Source: a virus
Taxonomy: Duplodnaviria; Caudoviricetes
DNA length: 29,844 bases
IMG/VR virus record: IMGVR_UViG_3300027486_000020
Coordinates: 1-29,844 of that record
Strand: one strand, 5' to 3'
Shown: positions 6,895 through 15,000 of the stretch, in pieces
How the letters are laid out: every line of letters begins with the position of its first letter
How positions within the stretch are numbered: position 1 is the stretch's first letter
The notes under the pieces: generated by a model
The model's database searches: none
What the model was told of the DNA's origin: nothing
Seen by the model: the letters and a program-made list of their open reading frames with translations, nothing else
Program-made: the position numbers and the translations under genes

Positions 6895-9453
6895 ATGGCA
6901 GTTGCAAAAGACTGGAGAGGTAACGTTGTTCCGGGCAACGTATATGAACTTGGTAACACCGATGGAATTGGTGCGCCGTCTTCTCCCGGTATTCAAGCTA
7001 TTCTTGATGGTCTTAAAGCAGGCAACGCTAAAATTGTTTCTGCTTATCCATATACTTATGGAAAAAATGGCTATACCGCTACTGGTTATACAGATCAGCA
7101 AGTTGAACCGTATTATATGGATTGGGAAACAGGACAACATAACGGCGGAAGTCAAATGTTGTTTATGAATGGTAAGTTATATCCTTTTGGAACTAACTGG
7201 AATATTGTTCCGATTACTCAAACAAAAACAACAGGCTATTGGCAAGACGAAATAGGCACACAAATCCCTATCAACCAAGAAGTACCAACAGGTATGTATA
7301 GAGTCCGTACACGGGCTGATAATAACGTATTTGATGAGGTTATTTTTAAGGCCGATGCTTCTGGTAATATAACAGGATATAATCCTAAGATTTACCAAAC
7401 AGGCAGCAATGGCGGTGGATTCTTTGGAAGTAGCCCTCTTGGTAATTTCTTAAATGATATGGTCGATCTGGCTCCCCTTGCCGCTGCCTTAATAGCCCCT
7501 CAATATTTGCCTTTAGTAGCGGGCGCTAAGACCGCTATTCAAGGCGGGGATATTGGCGACATTCTGAAATCGGCTGGTACGTCTTACGCTCTTGGTCAGC
7601 TTGGTCAGCAAGCAGGTGTTTTTGGCGATCAAGCAGCTGCTGCAACTCAATATGGTACAGGTTTGAATTCTGCTCAAACGGCTATGTTGGCCGCTCAAGA
7701 GGCTGGTTTGGGCACTGTTGCAGACGTTGCTGGGAATGTTATCGGCCAAGTAGGAACAAGCGTTGTTTCCCCAATAATAACAGGCAGAGATACCAATCCG
7801 TTAGATGTGCTTTTAAGTAGTGGTGTTTCTGCGGCTACGCCGTTTGTAACCAATCAAATTGAAGGTTTTTCCAAACTGCCTGTGTCAGCGCAGAATTCGA
7901 TTAACACAATTGTGGCCAGCGAATTACTGGATAAAGATCCGACGAATGCCCTTATAGCGGAAGCGTTGAAAGCCGGTAAAACTGCCTACTCGGATTTTAA
8001 ACAAGACTCTTCGCCGACGATAACAACCCCTTCAGGGGTTCAGTTGGCAGCAGCCGATACTGACACTGCGTCGGATGCAAGCGCGCCATATACGGTATCC
8101 GTCGGTGGTTCTCCTATTTATGAGGGCACCAAAGGCGCTGAAAACGTGTCGGCGCCTTTTGGTTATCGTTTGATGACCTTGGCTGAAGGAGATCAGCGGC
8201 CAGTGGGTTCATACTACGACGCAACACAAAATGCCTGGTTTGTCCCAACTAATGAAGTTCAGAAACTTCAGGAGCAACTGACTTCAGGTGCTCAAGATAC
8301 ATTAAGTGGTGGAAGCCTCGGGAGCGAAAGTGATTTACCCCCCGTAACTGGCGAACAAACAACAAACGAGATTCCCGCTGGTGAAATCGATTCGTTAGCT
8401 CCTATCGGAAGCGGAAATGTAACAAGCGGTGGTGGCGGCGCGATTGACGTAACAGGCACAGGCGGCGTTGGTGTGGCTGACGTAACAGGCACCGGCACAG
8501 GCGGCGTTGGTGTGGCTGACGTAACAGGCACTGGCACAGGCGGCGTTGGTGTGGCTGACGTAACAGGCACTGGCACAGGCGGCGTTGGTGTGGCTGACGT
8601 AACAGGCACAGGCATAAGCACAGGTGGTGGAAGCCTAGGGTCTGAGAGTGACATGCCCCCATCAAATGGTGGGAGTCTGGGAGATGAAAGTGACATGCCC
8701 CCATCAAATGGTGGGAGTCTGGGAGATGAAAGTGACATGCCCGCGCCGCCGGGAACTACAACACCGGGCACGGGCACGGGCACGGGCACAACTCCCGGAA
8801 CAGGTACTGGGACGATTCCACGCGTCACAATACCAGGCACTACAACACCTGGCTCTACAACACAAAACGCTACAGGTGCTTTTGCCACAACGCCTTCGGC
8901 GCCCATTGAAAACCTGACGTACAAGAACGCGTACACGGATTTTACGCCGCTTAACCCACTGCTGTTCTCGTTGGCTGGCTTGGGGCCCGTTACAGGATCA
9001 AGTGGTCAGCAAAACCCGTTGGATAGATCAGCGACCGACAAGGACGTGGCGTTTGGCACGTCGCTAGACAACGAACCACAAGAACAAAGCAACGCGCCCA
9101 TGGAATGGTTCTCTAAAGGTGGTCTTGCAGGCCAGCACCCGATGGGTGAGCCTCAGTACTATTCTGAGGGTGCGCTGACAAGCCTGCAAATCAAGGGTGA
9201 CGGCGACGGTACGTCCGACGACATCCCGGCCATGGTGGCAAAGGACGAGTACGTCCTGCCGGCCGATATCGTTTCATCGCTGGGTAACGGGTCCAGCGAC
9301 GCGGGCGCCTCGGTGCTCGACATGTTTGTGCGTCAGATTCGATCGCACAAACATTCCAACGACCCGGGTGAGTTGCCGCCCGACAGCGTGGGCCCGTTAG
9401 AATACTTGAGCGCAGCCATTTCAAAAGGACAGAAGCATGGCCGGAATATTTGA
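6895..9453 (+). CDS. Internal virion / DNA ejection protein with tandem repeats and conserved C-terminal GDGxSDDIPA-EYV domain
   Basis: 852 aa; AT-rich N-terminal part, Ala/Gly helical middle, Gly/Thr repeats, C-terminal FSKGG...IKGDGDGTSDDIPAMVAKDEYVLPADIVSSLGNGSSDAG. Confidence 0.7.
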   Translation: MAVAKDWRGNVVPGNVYELGNTDGIGAPSSPGIQAILDGLKAGNAKIVSAYPYTYGKNGYTATGYTDQQVEPYYMDWETGQHNGGSQMLFMNGKLYPFGTNWNIVPITQTKTTGYWQDEIGTQIPINQEVPTGMYRVRTRADNNVFDEVIFKADASGNITGYNPKIYQTGSNGGGFFGSSPLGNFLNDMVDLAPLAAALIAPQYLPLVAGAKTAIQGGDIGDILKSAGTSYALGQLGQQAGVFGDQAAAATQYGTGLNSAQTAMLAAQEAGLGTVADVAGNVIGQVGTSVVSPIITGRDTNPLDVLLSSGVSAATPFVTNQIEGFSKLPVSAQNSINTIVASELLDKDPTNALIAEALKAGKTAYSDFKQDSSPTITTPSGVQLAAADTDTASDASAPYTVSVGGSPIYEGTKGAENVSAPFGYRLMTLAEGDQRPVGSYYDATQNAWFVPTNEVQKLQEQLTSGAQDTLSGGSLGSESDLPPVTGEQTTNEIPAGEIDSLAPIGSGNVTSGGGGAIDVTGTGGVGVADVTGTGTGGVGVADVTGTGTGGVGVADVTGTGTGGVGVADVTGTGISTGGGSLGSESDMPPSNGGSLGDESDMPPSNGGSLGDESDMPAPPGTTTPGTGTGTGTTPGTGTGTIPRVTIPGTTTPGSTTQNATGAFATTPSAPIENLTYKNAYTDFTPLNPLLFSLAGLGPVTGSSGQQNPLDRSATDKDVAFGTSLDNEPQEQSNAPMEWFSKGGLAGQHPMGEPQYYSEGALTSLQIKGDGDGTSDDIPAMVAKDEYVLPADIVSSLGNGSSDAGASVLDMFVRQIRSHKHSNDPGELPPDSVGPLEYLSAAISKGQKHGRNI
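8446..8613 (+). repeat. In-frame 39-bp tandem repeat (DVTGTGTGGVGVA)
   Basis: One 33-bp copy (8446-8478), three near-identical 39-bp copies (8479, 8518, 8557) and a partial copy at 8596. Confidence 0.95.
8626..8742 (+). repeat. In-frame 42-bp tandem repeat (GGSLG[S/D]ESDMPPSN)
   Basis: Copies start at 8626, 8668 and 8710; a diverged copy (GGSLGSESDLPP) lies at 8308-8343. Confidence 0.9.
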
Positions 9454-10390
9454 CACAAGCAAAGAGACATCCACGACGATGCCGTCGTGGTTTACCAACG
9501 CACAGTCTGGCATTGCGAACACGGCCGGCCAAGTGTACGGCGCCACGCCGGCACCCGGCCAGACCGCGCTGGCTGGCGTGGGTCAGACGTTCAACGCCGC
9601 ACAGAACCCGTTCACGACGGCCATGGGTGGCCTGCAGGACGTGTACCAGGGCATCAGCACCCCGTTCAACGCCGACGGCACACCGAACGCTCAGAGCCCC
9701 CTTGGCTCGTTGTTTGCGTCTCAGTACGCCAAGCTGGACCAGATTTTGCCCCAGGTGACCGCCAAAGAGGGCGCCGCTGGTATCGGTAGCGGCAACTTCA
9801 ACTCCCTGCGTGGACAGACAGCGGTCAATACGGCACGTGCCGGCGCGCTGACTACGCTGGCAGAGCAGCAGAACCAGGCCGCACTCAACGCACAGACCCA
9901 GGGCATCCAGGCGCTCCAGGGCATCGGCAACGTCGGTTCTCAGTATGGTACGACTGGCATCAACCTGGCCGACAAACAGATGTTGGGTGGCCTGCCGTCC
10001 CTAGCCAAGTACAGCGACATCATCAACAACATGGGCACCGTCATTCCCAAGACGACCACCGAGGTCACCAAGGGCAGCACGGTGGAGAATATCAACCGAG
10101 GCATCCAATTGGCTATTGCCGCGGGTAAGGGCATCGACGCCATCAAAGCCGGAACCACGGGGATTAACTGGCTTGACAACATGTTGAGGCCCTCTTCCAC
10201 CCCCAACCCCATCACGTCAGGCGCCGCGGGCAACACCGTAAACTCCGACGGCGTGTGGGGCGACAACGCGATGACCGCTCAACCGCCTAGCTGGAGTACA
10301 GACCAGACCGGCAACTTGCCCTCTGGTGATACGCCGGACAACATTCAAACCCAGGCCGACCTCAATAACTCCGACCTCTGGGGTATTTAA
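9437..10390 (+). CDS. Internal virion / pilot-like ejection protein
   Basis: 317 aa, Ala/Gly/Gln/Thr-rich; TT.MPSWFT.AQ and G.F.SLRGQTA motifs; position in the ejection cluster. Confidence 0.65.
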   Translation: MAGIFDTSKETSTTMPSWFTNAQSGIANTAGQVYGATPAPGQTALAGVGQTFNAAQNPFTTAMGGLQDVYQGISTPFNADGTPNAQSPLGSLFASQYAKLDQILPQVTAKEGAAGIGSGNFNSLRGQTAVNTARAGALTTLAEQQNQAALNAQTQGIQALQGIGNVGSQYGTTGINLADKQMLGGLPSLAKYSDIINNMGTVIPKTTTEVTKGSTVENINRGIQLAIAAGKGIDAIKAGTTGINWLDNMLRPSSTPNPITSGAAGNTVNSDGVWGDNAMTAQPPSWSTDQTGNLPSGDTPDNIQTQADLNNSDLWGI

Positions 10391-10392
10391 TT

Positions 10393-12063
10393 ATGGCAGA
10401 CATGGAACAAACAGGCGGATTGCCTACAGCCACCGAAGACGGCGCGGTTGCCAAGTACGGCACCCGGGGCAACGTGTCCGTTGCCGGCCAAAAGGGCGTG
10501 TCGCTCGAGGGCGCGCAGAGCGCCGACATCCGCGAACGTCTGATGCAGATGATTGCCGAGCGTGAGCGCGGCAACCCCATGCAGGAAGCCCTGGGCCACC
10601 TTGCGTTGGCTGGAAGCGCACCGGGTGAGTATGGCCGCAACTACAACGACTATCTAACTCGTAAGCGCCAACAGGAACAAGACCTCCTGGGCATGCGTGT
10701 GAGCGCGGCACAGTTGGCCAGCGAAGAGGCTCGCCTGCGGCAAGCCGCCGCCGGACAGCGTCAGTTTGCTGACATGGTTTCCCGGGCCGCTGGCATTCAA
10801 CCGCAACAGCCTCAAGTCGGTGGCGCACCGATGGCACAACCGCAAGCGGGTGGTGCGCTTCCCACGGGTGGCGGGGCCGCTCCCCAGCCTACCGCGGGTG
10901 GCTTGCCGGGTCCCTCGCCGATGTTGACGCCGCAACAGGCCGCGACAATTATATCCATGAACATGCAGAACCCCGTCAAGGCGCAAGAACAATTCTTGTC
11001 GATGACCAACCCGACGGAAAAAGAGCGCATTGCAAGGGCCGCAGGGTTGACCCCTGGAACGCCCGAGTACGCCGCCTACATGCGAGCAAACCTTGCCGGC
11101 TCCGGCGCGTTTGTGCCTGGAGACGTTCGCACATCAAGGGGTACAGAACAAATCACGCCAATACAAACCGCGCTTGGCACTGTGACGCCCCAGGGGGCCG
11201 GTGCCCCCACCGCCGCGGTTCCTGGTGCCCCAGGAGTTACTGCTCCTGTAGCTCCGGGCGCTTCCGCCTCTGCGGCTCCTAGCGCCCCCGCTCGTGCCCC
11301 TGTGGCCCCTAGTGCTCCAACTCCCGCTATCCCCACAATGGATACCGGGTTTGCACCGGGCACTAGAGAGGACCTCGCCATTCGTCAACGTCGAGAAGAG
11401 ATGCGTCAGGACGTTGAAAAAGAAGCTGCAATTGAATCTAATAAAAAGATTGACATCCCCGAGCAAAAGGCTCTGGTCGACGCTGTTGCCGCCGCGCCAA
11501 GCAACTTGGTATTGTCCGGTGCTTTGATGAAAGACATCACAAACAACCCAGAGCTGTTTGGCAAGCTAATGCGCCCGGATATGTTCTCCGCATTCGCAAA
11601 CTTGGTCGCAAGCGGCGTGCAATTTGGTCAACTGGGCGCGGTTAACATTCCCGCGGTTGGTAACTTTATACAACAGCTATCTCCTGAAGCCAAAAAAGAC
11701 CCAACAAAGCTGGAGGCATGGAACCGCGTGCTTGGTAACATGGCTAAGGTCAACCTTAACTTTGCACGCATTGCGTACCAGGGTCAAGGCGCCGTGTCTA
11801 ACTTTGAACGCGAGCTTGTTGGCACCGCCGTCGGTGACCCCTCTCGTGACAGCGCAAAGAACTTGGCCATCAAGGCTAAGGTTATCGAGATTGAAGCCCG
11901 CAACGCCATGGAACAGAATAAGCTGTGGGAGCAAAGCAAGAAGAACATGGTGTGGTCGCAGTTCAAAGAAAGCCCGCAGTATAAAGATTTGCAACGCGCT
12001 CAGTTTTATCGCACCGCCAAGGTGCTGAAATTGGACGGCGCCAAGTGGCCCGGGGATGAATGA
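10393..12063 (+). CDS. Internal virion / DNA ejection protein
   Basis: 556 aa with Pro/Ala-rich linkers and a C-terminal helical domain containing GQGAVSNFEREL. Confidence 0.65.
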   Translation: MADMEQTGGLPTATEDGAVAKYGTRGNVSVAGQKGVSLEGAQSADIRERLMQMIAERERGNPMQEALGHLALAGSAPGEYGRNYNDYLTRKRQQEQDLLGMRVSAAQLASEEARLRQAAAGQRQFADMVSRAAGIQPQQPQVGGAPMAQPQAGGALPTGGGAAPQPTAGGLPGPSPMLTPQQAATIISMNMQNPVKAQEQFLSMTNPTEKERIARAAGLTPGTPEYAAYMRANLAGSGAFVPGDVRTSRGTEQITPIQTALGTVTPQGAGAPTAAVPGAPGVTAPVAPGASASAAPSAPARAPVAPSAPTPAIPTMDTGFAPGTREDLAIRQRREEMRQDVEKEAAIESNKKIDIPEQKALVDAVAAAPSNLVLSGALMKDITNNPELFGKLMRPDMFSAFANLVASGVQFGQLGAVNIPAVGNFIQQLSPEAKKDPTKLEAWNRVLGNMAKVNLNFARIAYQGQGAVSNFERELVGTAVGDPSRDSAKNLAIKAKVIEIEARNAMEQNKLWEQSKKNMVWSQFKESPQYKDLQRAQFYRTAKVLKLDGAKWPGDE

Positions 12064-15000
12064 TGGAGTGGCTTAACAAGCTATCTCCGCAACAACGGGC
12101 AATTGCTGACAAGGTTGCCGCAGAGGCTGACCGGCAGGGCGTGCCCCGTGAGCTTGCGCTCGCCGCCGCCATGCAAGAGAGCAGTTTTAAGCCACAGGCC
12201 AAGTCTAAAACGGGGCCCGTTGGCGTCATGATGCTTGGCCGCGCAGCGGCTAAAGAACAAGGCGTTAATCGATACAACATTGATCAAAACATTCGGGGTG
12301 GTGTTGGGTATCTGAAACAAAACTTAGCTCAACAAGGTGGCGACCCGCAACGCGCGTTGATCGCGTATCACGACGGACCCAACAGCGATTTTTTTAAGGG
12401 CGGCTCAATGAGCCCCGCCGCATACAATCACTTGCAAAAGGTTAAATCGTATGGCGGTTTTCAAGGAGACCTGATTCCCATGGCTACAAAACCAGAAAAT
12501 ACTAATACAGGAGTGAGTATCGCGGATATTGAACCTATCCCCGATATTCCTATGTTTTCTCAGCCTCAAGAGACTCCAGGGTTTGGGAACGCCGCTGACA
12601 TTGGCTCCGCTGGTGCCGGCGCTCTTACTGGCATGTTTACTGCGCCGTCGGTTCGTAAACAGGCGGAAATAAATCGGTCGTTAATTCAAGCGGCCAACGC
12701 GTCCAACGTGCCGATCAATGAAGCCAACGCTGCCAACATGCAGCGATACAACGACGAGCTGGCACAACGCAAACGTTTGCTTGATGCCATCACCGAGGCA
12801 CAGAAATCTGGCGGCGTTCCTGGCTACGTTGAGTCACAGCTACAGGGCGGCGCCGAGGATGTTGTTAGCCGGGACCCGCGCGTCATTTCAAACCGAACCG
12901 CACAGGCCGTGATCCCCGAGTACGAAAGCGGAAACACACGCGCGCAGGCCGTCAACCGCGGAGAGCTCGTGTCGGACCCCAACCGGTTTGCAGGCTTGTC
13001 TGTGCCCCGCACCGAATTGGCGCCCCCTGGCCCCACGCCGCAACAGTTGGTTGCTCAACAGCTGGGTCCAGAACCCACGCGCCCCGTGCCCCACCAGCTT
13101 AACGTTCCCCAAGTCCAACCCATCCGGAGCATGGCCGCACAAGGTGCGGCGACGGGCGCGTTGACCGGGTTCAACGCGTTGAAGGCGGCGGAGGGCATCC
13201 ACAGCGACGACCCGGTCAAGGCCCTGCTTGGCTCTGTTGGCGCCGTAAGCGGTGGTTTGGCTAACCAATCACGCAACCCGCGCACGGCGATGCTTGCCGG
13301 CACGTTGAGCGCCATCTCCGGCGCCGCCGGCCACGGACTGGATATGATTCGCGGGCAAAAGAAACCACAAGATAAGAGCGTACTCAACAAGGCAGAGGGA
13401 GGCCTTGCCCGCCTCCCAAAGTTCGCAGGCAAGGGCGAGTCACTCGTAAGGGGCGGTAAGGCCCTTGCCAAAAAAGCTGAAGATGTAATTGGTTTTTCAC
13501 CCGCAGAAAAACAACCGGACGCATGGAAGTTAGGCGATCAGAAGCCAGGCAAATTATCTGACTGGGCACAAAACTATTTAGGTCATTGGTACGTGCCCAC
13601 GCAGGCCGATCGTATGGGTGGCGTCGGCGGTTCAAGTTACAGCGCCAATCAGTTGGTGCTCCCCCAGTATGCCAATCGCGCGTGGGGATCTGGTAAAAAG
13701 GGCACCGCAACATCAATTGCTAACCTGGCAAAAGACCCAAGATTTGGCGGGCCGGAAAATCAAATATTTGCCCCCATCCTTGGCAAGAAAAACATGCACG
13801 AGTCTAATCAGATCGTGTTTAACACCCTGGTTGATGAGTTCTACAAAAATCCTGAGAAGTTGACGCCCGAGTTGCGGTCAAAAATCAACGCATACATTCA
13901 GTCGGGCGGCGTCACACCAAAGGGTAAACTAAAATTCGACCCCATTCCGGGTTTTGATATTGCGGATCGGGGAATGGTTGAAGAACTTGGCAAAACCTTT
14001 GACAAGCGCAAGGCCATTGCCCAACACGCGTTTGGTGGCGAGGGCATCAGTAAGACAAAGGCGCAGATCATTCCCTACCAGCAAATCCTAGACGAAATGT
14101 CTGACCCAATGACGCACGGAGCTCCGTCGTTCTCAATGGGTCCTCGCGCATTTAGGCTAACCGGTGAGGTTGAATCGGTGCCGCGCCCAGATCTGAATCT
14201 TGCGTATCCGAATCAACTGTTTGGTCAAGACTTAAACGTGACATACACGCCCGTGCCTGGCGAGCTGTCGCTGATGGATTTTGGAAATCAGTGGCGCAAA
14301 GATATGGGCAAGACGGAAGCAAAACCGAGCGGCGCATTACACCAACCTGGCTATTTTGAGTACACACTGGGTTACAAACTTCCCGGCGCGTCCGAGCGCA
14401 CCTATCCGCGCCAGTTAATGTCCGAGGAGTGGGTCAAAGAATTACAACGTAGTGGCTTTGCCGACGGGGGTCTGGTGAACTTGCAGTCTGGCGGCAATCC
14501 TAAAACGGCGCTGTTGAAAACGCTGGGTAACAAAGTGCTACCGCTGGTAGAACGTGACGCTAACCTGCAGAAGTTTCTCCTACCCAGTCAGGAGAAGCGT
14601 CGGATGTACCACGGGACAACGGGAGACATCAACAAGTTCAATCCGAACAACAACATCACCTTTTTGACGCCTGAGCCGACGTTTGCCAACTCATTCGCAG
14701 CTAAGAGTTTTGATCCGGTAGAGTCCCAGTCCCGGGGCCCGAACCCCGTGGTCAAGCCCGGCGCCAACGTGATGCCAGTGCATGTGCAGGCGGAGAACAT
14801 TTTTAACCCCTACAAGCCCTCGCACTTGGACTCGTTGTACGACAAGCTCATGCAGGACTACGGGCAAGACCTGGGTAGCTATAACGTTCGCCAAATGGTC
14901 CATGACGTTAAGAACCCCTACGACAACTGGCAGGCCATTGAGAACGACATGGTCCAAAAGGCCATCAAGGAACTTGGCCATGACTCGTTTGTCTCTACCG

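Noticed and set aside
8446-8742. Repeat array as a possible CRISPR array
   Set aside because: Units are contiguous with no unique spacers, are multiples of 3 and lie in frame in a gene.
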